A DNA stretch of 64,000 nt, taken from Thermoproteota archaeon. Lineage in GTDB: Archaea; Asgardarchaeota; Njordarchaeia; Njordarchaeales; Panguiarchaeaceae. The stretch is taken from positions 32,001-96,000 of the forward strand of contig JANJXX010000002.1 in the NCBI GenBank assembly GCA_024720975.1, read 5' to 3'. This document shows positions 9,182 to 19,195 of this stretch, piece after piece (position 1 is the stretch's first letter; every line of letters begins with the position of its first letter). A program made the translations under genes and the position numbers. Below the pieces are notes generated by a model. The model saw nothing but the letters and a program-made list of their open reading frames with translations, made no database searches and had not been told where the DNA came from.

Positions 9182-10249
9182 TTAGCGCCTAATAACGGCT
9201 CGTGCCTGCATAAGGATGTTGGTTACAGTCAACAGCTTACACGCTTCAGCGACATTAAGTATCTCTTGAAGTACTAAATCTGAGACAAATTCTATTGTGC
9301 GATCCAAAACTATCTGAGCGAATTTTTTGTTAGAAAGCTCCTGGATTATTGTTGCAAAGACTTCTGAGTTTGATATGAAGTATGCCATTATCGGATTTTT
9401 ATGTATGTCAAAGACTCCGCTAAAGTTCTTGGCTAACAGATCGAGTATTAATTCCTGGATTCTTGTAGGAACATCAAAATTGTGGAGTATTAACCATCGT
9501 GCGGCCACTAGAATTCTCTTTAATACCATGCTTTCGAAGTTCTCGCTAATCTTATTGATATCATGTTCGTTTAATCCTTCTCTTAAGAGAGCCTTTGATC
9601 TGGCTATAATATCATACGTATATATACTTTCCATATCCTGATCAATCTTGAGCGATATATCTCTGAGATTGCTTACTAAAGGAAGCAACAAGTTTTGTAC
9701 ATTTTCATATGAAAGTTTATTGAATGCTGCCCAGGCAGCGTCCATTATCGGCACTAGGAACTCTACTTTCAGTGATTCTATGTCTACTTTGGATATCACC
9801 CTAAGTAAAAAGTTTAATCCCCTTAGCAATACTGTCATACCTATTCCTTTAATTCCGGCTAGAGCTTCCAATGCCCTTGCTGTGGGGTATATGATGCCGA
9901 AGTATAAATCGTCGTCCAATACTATTGGACTTCCCGTCTGTAGATCATCTGCACGGTTATCAGATGTTAAAATCCAGGCACCATCTAGAGGGTCTGTAGA
10001 TGGTTGTGCTAGTCTACTTTTTCTTTGTAGTGAGAGAAGATGATTAAGCACAAAGCTTAAGAAGTTAGAGACATTGGGCACCTCCATAAGATATCTCAAT
10101 GCTAGTATTAGAAAGTTAGTCGTTGCAAGCTTTTCTTGGATTGCATCCTCAGCGTCGTTATTTTTGAAGAATTTCCTGTAGATTAAGTAGTCAAGGAACT
10201 CAGCCAGTGTGGAAGTGGCTAATTTGACGATCGTACGTTCACGTGCTAT
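9182..10249 (-). CDS. Helical hypothetical protein; likely extends 50 codons upstream of the track start (10099) to an ATA
   Basis: Frame is open upstream of 10099 up to a TAG; SD-like GGTGG lies 6 nt before the in-frame ATA at 10249. Confidence 0.55.
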   Translation of the reverse strand: MARERTIVKLATSTLAEFLDYLIYRKFFKNNDAEDAIQEKLATTNFLILALRYLMEVPNVSNFLSFVLNHLLSLQRKSRLAQPSTDPLDGAWILTSDNRADDLQTGSPIVLDDDLYFGIIYPTARALEALAGIKGIGMTVLLRGLNFLLRVISKVDIESLKVEFLVPIMDAAWAAFNKLSYENVQNLLLPLVSNLRDISLKIDQDMESIYTYDIIARSKALLREGLNEHDINKISENFESMVLKRILVAARWLILHNFDVPTRIQELILDLLAKNFSGVFDIHKNPIMAYFISNSEVFATIIQELSNKKFAQIVLDRTIEFVSDLVLQEILNVAEACKLLTVTNILMQARAVIRR

Positions 10250-10414
10250 TTCCGCCCACCAACTCTATCCTTCTTTAATGTTTAGTATCTTAACGCATTA
10301 TTACTATATTAGGGCCATGAGAGAATATAATGCGGTTCATGAAAGCACTGGCATGATTGCCAGCCTAAGGACTTGCTATCGCATTTGTTCATTATCCTTT
10401 GATCCCTCTTAGAG

Positions 10415-11482
10415 TTGGGTGCAAAGAGGATGACAACCCTAGAAAAAGTTAGTGGCGACCTCGAACGAATGTATGCGCAGTTTCAGATAAAACCTATGTC
10501 TGACATAGCAAGTATACTGCCACCAAATAGATACCTCGAAATGGGCATACTAATAGCTCACCGAGACCTAGACGAAGTGCTAAGAGAAAGAACCTGGGCC
10601 ATAGTCTCAGGCCGCGGTCCAAGTGGACCAATGCACTTAGGACATATTTTGGTGTTTGAGTTGGTCGCCTGGTTTCAGCGCACATTTGATGTTTACGCGT
10701 TTATTCCTTTATCGGATGATGAAAAATATGTCTTTGGTAAGATAGATGATTTGCATGACGCACATACGTGGGCCATAGATAATGCTAGGTGGATTGCTTC
10801 TCTGGGGTTTAATCCAAAGAAGACCCGCATCTACATATCTTCGACTCATCCTTGGGTTTACCGTTATTCTGTTTTTATATCGAGGTACCTAACTTTATCG
10901 ACAGTTAAAAACGCATTAGGAGCAGATGACTCTAAAAACATTGGAATCCCCTTTTACGCCGCTGTACAAATTGCACATATACTCCAACCAACAATTGATT
11001 ATGGTCTTAGAACCTTGGTTCCCATTGGTCTAGACCAGGATGTATTTATGAGACTTACCAGGGACGTTGCGGAAAAGTTGAAGTTGAAAAAACCTGCCAG
11101 TGTGTATGTGAAGTTCCTGTCTGGTTTGAAAAAGGTGCCCATGTCGAGTTCGATACCAGAAACTGCGATATACCTGACGGACGACGATTATACGATATTT
11201 AATAAAATAATGCGTGCCCATTCTGGAGGAGCTATATCAACTGTTCATCAAAGAATTCAGGGAGGAAATCCTAATGATTGTGTGATTTTTGAATGGCTTC
11301 AGGCATTCTACTTTAGAAGTAAGAGAGAGTCAGATGAGTACGCCTATATCTGCAAAACCGGCCAGATCATTTGTGGTTACGATTGCAGAATTCTCGCATA
11401 TAAGGCGATAAAGCATTATCTTGATTGGCTTCGTAGGAAATATGAAAAAACGAATCTTGAGCAATTTATCTGGAAACCTTAG
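10415..11482 (+). CDS. trpS: Tryptophanyl-tRNA synthetase (likely start ATG 10430)
   Basis: SGRGPSGPMHLGH, SDDEKY, VPIGLDQD, MSSS, AHSGG. Confidence 0.92.
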   Translation: MGAKRMTTLEKVSGDLERMYAQFQIKPMSDIASILPPNRYLEMGILIAHRDLDEVLRERTWAIVSGRGPSGPMHLGHILVFELVAWFQRTFDVYAFIPLSDDEKYVFGKIDDLHDAHTWAIDNARWIASLGFNPKKTRIYISSTHPWVYRYSVFISRYLTLSTVKNALGADDSKNIGIPFYAAVQIAHILQPTIDYGLRTLVPIGLDQDVFMRLTRDVAEKLKLKKPASVYVKFLSGLKKVPMSSSIPETAIYLTDDDYTIFNKIMRAHSGGAISTVHQRIQGGNPNDCVIFEWLQAFYFRSKRESDEYAYICKTGQIICGYDCRILAYKAIKHYLDWLRRKYEKTNLEQFIWKP

Positions 11483-11695
11483 GGGACACTTTATTGACAT
11501 CAATTACAAATTAACCTTTGTGTCGTTACCTAGAGAACCAAGCTTAAACTTTACCTTGCCTTAGGACAAACCCCGAGATGAATTCAATAGAAGAAACCAG
11601 ATACATTCTACTTTTACTCTTGCGCATTTATTCATACTTCGTGCTGCGCTCCGACGCCATAGGTATCCAAGAATTTCAAAGTCAAATGCGAATTT

Positions 11696-11932
11696 CTATT
11701 TTTCTTGAGTTACTATCAGCCAGGACCCTACTTTCCTTATTTTGTATTCCTTTGAGAGCTTTCTTGTAATAAATTGCAGTCCTCTTTGTCCTTTCAGCTC
11801 TTTCTTCAAGACCCTTAGACGAACAATTGCGTATGGACTATGCTTTAATTCCTGCTCGATTCTTTCCTTTAAACGCTTATATACTTGCCCTAGTAGATCA
11901 GAAAGCGAGTTCTCGTCCGATTCAGGCTCCAT
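11696..11932 (-). CDS. Small basic hypothetical protein
   Basis: 78-aa ORF with ATG and protein-like composition; no recognised motif. Confidence 0.55.
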   Translation of the reverse strand: MEPESDENSLSDLLGQVYKRLKERIEQELKHSPYAIVRLRVLKKELKGQRGLQFITRKLSKEYKIRKVGSWLIVTQEK

Positions 11933-12057
11933 AGCTTAATTACCAATTTTAATTTGACTGGGAATAGTGTTGATATCCCCAAAAAGTTTATGATGAACAA
12001 AATTTGTGGTTCTGAATCATTCATATAATAGTCGATAACCCTAATAAATTCATGCAG

Positions 12058-13836
12058 CTATTTGTGGGCAAATGCTATGAAGATTACCTCACCTTCATTT
12101 TGAATAATACGCCCAAATCCATATCTTTCCATCTGGACATATTCACCATTCTTTAATTGCTGAGCCAGAAATTCAACGTAACCCTCCTTAATACCGCTAG
12201 GAGTTTCTACAAACGCTTTTATTGCCAGATCTCCCGCTGGAACCCAGTGAATTATTTCAACACCTCTGATAGGCTTTAAACTTAGTTGTTCTGCATAGAT
12301 GCTATTGTTCATTAGATCTATGTTTACGATTCTACAATTCATTAATCCCTTTAATCTTATAGGACTCTTCGAATCTTGAGCCCTTCGAAGCAAGTCGACA
12401 TCTTCCCTGGAGATGTATAGGTTGAGCACTTTTTTACCATCGACTGTTAACGGACGAAGTCTATACTCTCTGTAACCGGCGGCTTCATTCCCAGGTATCC
12501 ATGGATTACGCGCTAGGAAGAGGTCATCCTCTACATAGACTTTCAAAACTATTGGATCCTCGACAAAGAAGATTCTCTTGGCTATCTTTGATAGCACCTT
12601 GGAATTGAACGAATATAACGTCACGAGTGGCATATCTTTTATGTCATTCTTTGTCATACCAACGTGTTCAGCTAACATCTTTATGGCATCGGGGTGTATT
12701 CCTCTACGAATAAGCGCGCGAATTGTTACTAATGATGAATCTTCCCAGCCACTTATTTCCTTGCTTCTGAGGGCCGATCTTATGTGCCTCTTGTGTGCCG
12801 GTGCGCCTTCAAAAGTTACCATTCCATACTCAATATAGTTTATGTTCAATTTCCAGTTAAAGGCATCAGCAATGAAATTCTGGATAACTCGATTCGTTTC
12901 ATGCTCTTTAGCTCTAATAACATGAGTGATCTTTGATATGTAATGGTCCTCTATTATACACGCATAATTATAGAGCGGGTAGATTTTGTAATTGTATCCT
13001 GTGCGAGGATGAGGTACTGTCTCAATTATTCTAAGCAGAGGGGGATCTATTAAAGCAGGATTTTCTAGTTCGAGATTGGTTTTAAGACGCACTATAGCTT
13101 CTCCTTCCCGGTATTTACACTGAAGCATATTCTCCCAATAGTCAACGGTGTCCATTTTTTCCCTATGTTCGCACGGTTTTCTTCTGGCGACATTCCTCTT
13201 GAACTCTTCACTTGAGCAGAGGCATACGTAAGCTTTTCCATTCTCAAAAAGCTTGTAGGTTAACTCATAATAAATTTCAAAATGGTCTGATTCACAGACG
13301 AGCTCGTCCCAATCTAGGCCGAGGGAGCGCAGATCCTCCTGTATCCAATCATAGTATATTAGTCGAATTCTTCTTGGATCAGTATCTTCGATACGAAGTA
13401 TGAATTTACCATCATAACGCCTAGCATAATACCAGCTAAGATATGCTGCCCTCAAGATTTGTCCGAGGTGTAGGGCACCCGTTGGGGCCGGAGCAAAACG
13501 AGTGATAACTTTCCCCTTCGAGGCATTAGGGAGTTCAGGGAGACCAATCCTTGTTTTAGTGGCTTTTTCTTCTTCGATCATTTGTATGGTTATTCCATAT
13601 TCTTCCTCCATTAGTTTAACTTGCTCATCGTAGCTCAATGAGTTAACATATTCTACTATCTCGTTGACTAGAGACATTAATGCATCTCGCCTTGAGACAT
13701 CTTTTATTTCTTGCTTCAGCTCGGGTACCTCAACGAAGATTTTGTTCATAACAGCTATCTTATCAGCTTTACCCTCGTGTTCGATAGCATTTTTGAGTGC
13801 ATACTTGAATATTAAATCTCTCAGGTCTACGCTCAT
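12058..13836 (-). CDS. gltX: Glutamyl-tRNA synthetase
   Basis: KYALKNAIEHEGKA, TRFAPAPTGALHLGQ (HIGH variant), LRIEDTDP, ITHVIRAKEH, VQMERYGF. Confidence 0.95.
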   Translation of the reverse strand: MSVDLRDLIFKYALKNAIEHEGKADKIAVMNKIFVEVPELKQEIKDVSRRDALMSLVNEIVEYVNSLSYDEQVKLMEEEYGITIQMIEEEKATKTRIGLPELPNASKGKVITRFAPAPTGALHLGQILRAAYLSWYYARRYDGKFILRIEDTDPRRIRLIYYDWIQEDLRSLGLDWDELVCESDHFEIYYELTYKLFENGKAYVCLCSSEEFKRNVARRKPCEHREKMDTVDYWENMLQCKYREGEAIVRLKTNLELENPALIDPPLLRIIETVPHPRTGYNYKIYPLYNYACIIEDHYISKITHVIRAKEHETNRVIQNFIADAFNWKLNINYIEYGMVTFEGAPAHKRHIRSALRSKEISGWEDSSLVTIRALIRRGIHPDAIKMLAEHVGMTKNDIKDMPLVTLYSFNSKVLSKIAKRIFFVEDPIVLKVYVEDDLFLARNPWIPGNEAAGYREYRLRPLTVDGKKVLNLYISREDVDLLRRAQDSKSPIRLKGLMNCRIVNIDLMNNSIYAEQLSLKPIRGVEIIHWVPAGDLAIKAFVETPSGIKEGYVEFLAQQLKNGEYVQMERYGFGRIIQNEGEVIFIAFAHK

Positions 13837-14016
13837 TAAATTCCCCGCAACTTATACCTAATCATAACAAATATGACCCTAATTTTTAATAATTAAGAGG
13901 GATGAGCTAAATACAGGCAAATCCTTGAACACTCATGTACCAAAATAGATCCTTCGAGACTTTAAATAGAATCTGCTGTCAGATCCTTCAGGGTTTAATA
14001 AAGTGACAGTTTGAAA

Positions 14017-14091
14017 TGGGCCCGGCGGGATTTGAACCCGCGACACCCGCCTTAGAAGGGCGGCGCGCTTTCCTGGCTGCGCCACGGGCCC
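14017..14091 (-). tRNA. tRNA-Arg(UCU)
   Basis: Cloverleaf GGGCCCG...CGGGCCC; anticodon arm CCGCC-CT-TCT-AA-GGCGG; T-loop TTCAAAT. Confidence 0.95.
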
Positions 14092-14144
14092 CTATTTTCT
14101 CAACTTCTCTATAGTTATGAAAAGTAGGAATTTTTCGGAAATAT

Positions 14145-14217
14145 TAGGCCCGGCCGGATTCGAACCGGCGTCAGAGGATCCAGAGTCCCCCATGCTTGAC
14201 CGCTACACCACGGGCCT
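14145..14217 (-). tRNA. tRNA-Gln(CUG)
   Basis: A1-U72 acceptor pair typical of archaeal tRNA-Gln; arm GGGGA-CT-CTG-GA-TCCTC. Confidence 0.95.
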
Positions 14218-14239
14218 ATAGTGTAAGTGTTAGTAGTGA

Positions 14240-14310
14240 TGCGCCGGGCGGGATTCGAACCCGCGTCACCAGCTTGGAAGGCTGGCATCCTTCCACTAGA
14301 CTACCGGCGC
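14240..14310 (-). tRNA. tRNA-Gly(UCC)
   Basis: GCGCCGG acceptor; arm CCAGC-CT-TCC-AA-GCTGG. Confidence 0.95.
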
Positions 14311-14477
14311 ACCTAAGTACTACTCTACCTATTTTACTATTTTTTAAGATTTATCTTTGGAAGCATCAAACAGCTGTGTTCATAAACACCTAGCTATAGT
14401 CTCTAGACACTATCGTTTATCTACATCTTGAATAAGGTGGGAAACTAACAGCCCTCGGCAAGGGAATTTTGTGAAAA

Positions 14478-14806
14478 GTGTTTTTTGGATATATAGAGCT
14501 AAGGTTTTTCTCCACAATCTGGATGCAGCAAACAACAAAGACTACTTCACAAAAAGAGGTCTTTTTTGCTGTATCAGGCAAATACTCTGTACTTGGAGAA
14601 TTTTTTGCTTCAATGAAACCTTTCTATATGGTTGAAAGCGATTTAATAGACGATCCAAAGATACCAGGAGTGCCGTTGTATCTATAGGATGTTTAAAAAA
14701 CCAGAAGAAGCTTTTAGCCAAAAATGTGGCCGATGAAGAAGTGTCCTATAGATTGAATGCAGATATTGTTGTAGAAATCTACAGAATCAAACCACCCTTG
14801 ACCTAG
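14478..14806 (+). pseudogene. Possible decayed coding remnant, unidentified
   Basis: Short overlapping open stretches in different frames; no intact gene and no recognised family. Confidence 0.25.
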
Positions 14807-14950
14807 AACCTCTACAACTTTCCAAATTGAAGTTAAAGGTTTCTGAAACTTCTGAATTAGGTTGAAACTACCATGCGATTCGCATAAGTAGCTTTTATAT
14901 TTAACAAAAAGCTAGGTCATTACAGATAGACAAGGTAAATGAGGATATAT

Positions 14951-15502
14951 ATGAGTGAGCCAAAGAAATATAAACACCTACCCGAAAAATTTCCAACTAG
15001 AGAAGAAGTTAAGGGAATAGATGTAGACAAACTTGTCAACATGCTACTTTCAGCATTTGCTGATAAAATACTAGCCTGGTATCAATATTACGTAAGTGGA
15101 TATGCTGTCAAAGGCCATACTTCTACAGAAATAGAGGATGTATTCAAGAAGATAGCAGATGATGAGTTAAATGATCATGCGAAACTGTTAGCAGATAGAC
15201 TACAGAATTTTGATGTAGATCCACCAGACTTTAGGGATCTTTGGCATTTATCGAAATGCAGACAAACAGAGCTTCCTGAAGATCCGCATGACATAGATGG
15301 ATTCATAATTGCCAGCATATTAGCCGAAAGATGTGCTCTAGCTCATTATAGAGAGATATTCAACTACGTGTTTGGAAAAGATCCAATAACAGAAGAAATT
15401 ATAGAAGATATAATGAAGGATGAAGCTGAACATGAAACAATATTCAGGAGCTTGCTGTCGAAAGAAGGACTAAAAAGACTTGAAGAACTAGAGAAGAAGT
15501 AA
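14951..15502 (+). CDS. Ferritin-like / DPS-like (DpsL-type) protein
   Basis: GIDVDKLVNMLLSAFAD.ILAWYQY, DELNDHA, AERCA, KDPIT, IMKDEAEHE: four-helix diiron pattern. Confidence 0.85.
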   Translation: MSEPKKYKHLPEKFPTREEVKGIDVDKLVNMLLSAFADKILAWYQYYVSGYAVKGHTSTEIEDVFKKIADDELNDHAKLLADRLQNFDVDPPDFRDLWHLSKCRQTELPEDPHDIDGFIIASILAERCALAHYREIFNYVFGKDPITEEIIEDIMKDEAEHETIFRSLLSKEGLKRLEELEKK

Positions 15503-15689
15503 ATATTATCGCCCCTATTTCTATCTCGATACATTATCTTTTAATTTTTTGAATTAGCAAGATCTACAGTATGCAAGGACTATTTTTCTATGTTTTTAAT
15601 TAGATACTCCAAAAACCCGGTAACAATAGCCAAGGTGTTTAAATCAGTACATATTGTGAGGCAGATTGGAATCCATGAAATGAACTGAG

Positions 15690-16000
15690 TATTCACCTAT
15701 TCACCACAACGCGAAAAACTCATATTAGTTGATAGAGCAGCACACACATCGCGTGAAGCAACCTCAGTCGCTCGTCTCGAGATCTACAAGCTTGAGCCAT
15801 TAAGCAGAATACACCTCATACATATAAAATTTGAGCTGTTTGTGAGTCACTTAGACCTTCTCTATTGATGAACTAAGAACTATTCTTAGAGAAAGAGGCT
15901 GGCTATATTGTGTAAGTTGTAGGAAGATTACATGCGATGAAAGCAAGCTGGAGAGGTATGCAGGGAAACATTTTATCTCTCCAGGTTTTCGTACTCAATG
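15690..16000 (+). pseudogene. Probable frameshifted gene remnant
   Basis: Two overlapping protein-like stretches in different frames (...REKLILVDRAAH... and ...RERGWLYCVSCRKI...) with no start codon. Confidence 0.3.
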
Positions 16001-16039
16001 AATCTGTAGCTTAAGACGCTTACACAGGAGATTGGGAAA

Positions 16040-16170
16040 TCCTCTAGGACTAACTAGAGAAAATGTTGATATCATTTTAGGGAGGTCCTCAAGGTGCTGA
16101 GTAGAGACTTCAATGATTGTACTTGCGAGAGCTTCAGCTCGTCAAAGTTTTCTTGTTATTTTTCTTGTTA
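16040..16170 (+). pseudogene. 5' fragment of a 2-oxoacid:ferredoxin oxidoreductase alpha subunit
   Basis: Allowing two frameshifts it reads VDIIL-GGPQGA-VETSMIVLARASARQSF, matching the GGPQGxGxE N-terminus of archaeal OFOR alpha; ends at a TTTTCTTGTTA tandem repeat. Confidence 0.6.
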
Positions 16171-16190
16171 TAATTGATAGAGGGCATTTT

Positions 16191-16781
16191 TCAAATACAA
16201 CCGGTAGACATAGCTAATATGTATGTGTTAATATCCTCTAGAATCTTTCGTCTTATCTCCTTTCTCTGGATTTCAGACGACTGGTACGTAATTGTGTATA
16301 CTACTGTGTCTTTTCTTCTTCGAATGCTTAGAACAAGTGGATCGTCTACGTATCCTAAAACTCCTACCACCAATTTGGGTGAGTTAAGAGCCTCTTCTAC
16401 GAAGGATCTAAATTTTTTGCTTAGTAACTCCATCTTACCTATTTCATCAATGAGTAATACTTGTACGTTCGGATCCTTAAGCATTTTCATTAAATAATTC
16501 TCTACAATTCTCTCAAAACCTTCGATATTAACTCCATATTTTGATACTCTGTATGGACTCTGAATTTCTACGCTTGCTAGTATCTCCTCGGGGCCTTCTG
16601 GATATACCTTGACTTTAAACCCCCACCTCTTTCCGCTAACTCGAATTTCGGGACAAATTATACCTGAGATGCGAATCTTATCTTTCTGCAGGTCTTCTAA
16701 TATACTCATCAGGAGTGTCGATTTGCCTGACCTTGGTGGTCCTGCTATGAATATATTTTTAATCGATTGAAACAAACTCAT
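16191..16781 (-). CDS. NTPase (THEP1/NTPase_1 family)
   Basis: IFIAGPPRSGKST, RVSKYGVN, LIDEIGKMEL. Confidence 0.92.
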   Translation of the reverse strand: MSLFQSIKNIFIAGPPRSGKSTLLMSILEDLQKDKIRISGIICPEIRVSGKRWGFKVKVYPEGPEEILASVEIQSPYRVSKYGVNIEGFERIVENYLMKMLKDPNVQVLLIDEIGKMELLSKKFRSFVEEALNSPKLVVGVLGYVDDPLVLSIRRRKDTVVYTITYQSSEIQRKEIRRKILEDINTYILAMSTGCI

Positions 16782-16831
16782 TTGTCTACACCAAATCTTA
16801 TGATTGTATTTTTGCTAATATTGTTCTGCAG

Positions 16832-17179
16832 GTGCAAATATTGTCCGAGGAAATTAGAAGAATAGGTGCTATTTGGAAGGAGATACTTGAAAAGGGCAAG
16901 ATTTCCCTGGAGGAACTTAAGACCGTAATTAGCAAGGAGCATCCGGAAATCTTAAAATACTTTGATGAAATCATTGAAAAGCTCTTCGTGCTAGGATTCA
17001 TTAAGTATGATGGCGAAGACATAGCCCTTGATAATACCATGCCGGACGATTTAGTTGAAATGCCTTGTATCCGTTGCACTAAGGTCTCCACGTGTAAAGT
17101 AGGAGCTAAAAACGATCCCCTAAAATGCGAGAGTTTTGTTGAGTGGTTTATAAAAAAATTCTCTGAGCAATCTTTGTGA
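16832..17179 (+). CDS. RPC34-like / TFE-beta (winged helix plus Fe-S cysteine cluster)
   Basis: N-terminal wHTH and C-terminal PCIRC-x4-C-x7-PLKC-x5-W motif characteristic of archaeal RPC34 homologues. Confidence 0.8.
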   Translation: MQILSEEIRRIGAIWKEILEKGKISLEELKTVISKEHPEILKYFDEIIEKLFVLGFIKYDGEDIALDNTMPDDLVEMPCIRCTKVSTCKVGAKNDPLKCESFVEWFIKKFSEQSL

Positions 17180-17185
17180 TCCAAC

Positions 17186-17731
17186 ATGGAAATTGAAATC
17201 ATTGATAGCAATACTATACGCCTGGGTGAAAACATTTTTAAGGGAGAGTCCATTCAGGGTGTCTTAGAGGTCGCCATACCAATTAATTACTTAATGTCTC
17301 TGCACTTTCTCGATATTCCCAGTAATGTGCGCATACTTACTGACGTCTCAAATTTACTCCCAAGAGATGTTCAGGAGGAATTTACATACAATATTCCATG
17401 CTCTACTGATATCCAAATATCTAGGAACGGCATATCTTACACATTTGACATTGTTCGTAGATACTACTCCAACATTGTTTCCGCTGACTTTTTTACTGAT
17501 GTTATCACTAGGATCGCATCCATGCTAGGCTTCGAAATACTAAGAAAAAGAAGCGACGTTCATTATATCTTAGTAGAATTATTCTTTAATGCACGTCTAC
17601 AGGACTCTGTTTTAGATATCGTAGAAAAAAGAATTCTCTGCTTGCTTAAGTTAGCGTATAGGTTCAACAAACACCTGAGAGAGAATATCGAGAGTTATAT
17701 CAATGAATTTCTTAGGTCAACTTTTTGCTAG
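17186..17731 (+). CDS. Hypothetical protein
   Basis: 181-aa ORF, operonic with the upstream gene. Confidence 0.65.
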   Translation: MEIEIIDSNTIRLGENIFKGESIQGVLEVAIPINYLMSLHFLDIPSNVRILTDVSNLLPRDVQEEFTYNIPCSTDIQISRNGISYTFDIVRRYYSNIVSADFFTDVITRIASMLGFEILRKRSDVHYILVELFFNARLQDSVLDIVEKRILCLLKLAYRFNKHLRENIESYINEFLRSTFC

Positions 17732-18121
17732 TTTATCTCCCATGAAGGCCAACCTAAAGTAGGTTCTAAACATGCCTAAAAGAAATCTTAGCTGGCTTTG
17801 TTTGTCGAGCTCAGCAAAGAAATCAATATAGCAAAGTTTGCTTTGAGGTTCTAAGTGCGCATAGAAAACATACACTTTACCCTGTTGAAGTTTCACCTCA
17901 AAATTTGCGCCACCGAAAGCAAGTCTAGGTAGAAATACTGCTTGGATCTTGTTTTTGTCATCACTGATCGTTAAAATTATCTTCGATCTTTCCTCTCTCA
18001 TATCCTCAAGCTTGCCTATGAATCTAACGGCGTATATATTCCTTCCCAGTTCTGATAAAATTTCCGTACCCACAAGCTTCATTGTTAAAATCTCGCGGAT
18101 ATTTGAGAATGTAAAAACCAT
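17717..18121 (-). CDS. Single OB-fold protein, RPA32/RPA14/Stn1-like
   Basis: VRFIGKL, LTISDDKNKIQAVF, GKVYVFYAHL, then a C-terminal helix as in RPA small subunits. Confidence 0.55.
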   Translation of the reverse strand: MVFTFSNIREILTMKLVGTEILSELGRNIYAVRFIGKLEDMREERSKIILTISDDKNKIQAVFLPRLAFGGANFEVKLQQGKVYVFYAHLEPQSKLCYIDFFAELDKQSQLRFLLGMFRTYFRLAFMGDKLAKS

Positions 18122-18495
18122 TATTCAATGACCTCTAATTCTATTTTATCGCCATCTTTCAGACCAAATTTAGATTTCAGATTGCACTTAGCAACAACTT
18201 CAATCACATCATCTCCATGCGTTGTCTTTTCCGGCCGAACTATCAATACGGTTTCTCCACAAAGAGATGCATAAGCATAGTATATAGCACCGTAACCATC
18301 TTGTGGGGCAAATTTCTTGTATATTGGTGATAGATCATACCATCTCATGTTTTTCAGTCTCACATTTAGAGTCCCACTCGCTATCTTCCCTCCTAAAAGT
18401 CTCTCGAAAAATCCAGAGTAGTGCGAAATGGATGTATAGTACGAACCCTTACCTATTCCACTTGTGACTATACCCTCTATTTTTAACCTCCTCAT
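18121..18495 (-). CDS. ribK: CTP-dependent riboflavin kinase
   Basis: GIVTSGIGKGSYY, GTLNV, RPEKTTH, IEVVA, LKDGD. Confidence 0.9.
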   Translation of the reverse strand: MRRLKIEGIVTSGIGKGSYYTSISHYSGFFERLLGGKIASGTLNVRLKNMRWYDLSPIYKKFAPQDGYGAIYYAYASLCGETVLIVRPEKTTHGDDVIEVVAKCNLKSKFGLKDGDKIELEVIE

Positions 18496-18712
18496 TTGTT
18501 TAACCACAGCTAGAGTACGTCGCCATGATTTACTTGCCCACTGACCAAAGTAAGTCGTTATTCCTTTATTCAAATTCAATAGTACTATAAAGTGTCTCTA
18601 AATAATACGATTAATAACAGAATTTGCGTCGCTAAAAAATCTTAATTAATTTAGACCACGATAGTTTATACGTTTATCCATTGTAGTATATCATCACTTG
18701 GTGGGTTAAGGA

Positions 18713-19177
18713 ATGCACACCGATTTAGATTTTAATGAAGAAAAAACCCATGAAAAAAAGACTGAGGTCATACCGTTAACATACCACGACGTAGCAGAAC
18801 TTCTAGAGAAAATGCAGAAAGAGTCCGGATTCAGGCTTGCGGAGCAAAGACGAGTTTACGAGTACGTTCAGAAATTCCTATTCGCTTCGAAGGAGGACAT
18901 TTTAGCCATCATTGAGAGTTTAGAAAAAGAACTGAGAATTCCAAGACAAATAGCGATACAAATGGCGTATGTACTACCTACAACCCATGAGGAATATGAA
19001 CCCTTCTTACTTCAACTAAGGCGCATTGATTATGAGGAACTAAGTAAAAGTGAGTTCATTTCTAGGGCCCAAAAAATAATACTTCCCTTCTGGAAGAAGT
19101 ACCAAAATGTTATAGCAACCCTTAGAAATATAAGTATCTCTGAATTGACAGCAGAAAGAAAGAAGCCTAGTAAATAG
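18713..19177 (+). CDS. rpoF: RNA polymerase subunit F (Rpo4)
   Basis: PLTYHDVAELL, EQRRVYEYVQKF, IAIQMAYVLPTTHEE; has a C-terminal extension. Confidence 0.75.
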   Translation: MHTDLDFNEEKTHEKKTEVIPLTYHDVAELLEKMQKESGFRLAEQRRVYEYVQKFLFASKEDILAIIESLEKELRIPRQIAIQMAYVLPTTHEEYEPFLLQLRRIDYEELSKSEFISRAQKIILPFWKKYQNVIATLRNISISELTAERKKPSK

Positions 19178-19195
19178 TTATTTAAGGGATTTCTT

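Noticed and set aside
11990-12015. ATGATGA...CTGA between the small ORF and gltX
   Set aside because: Only one C/D pair, with an AT-rich spacer, no C'/D partner and no recognisable target.
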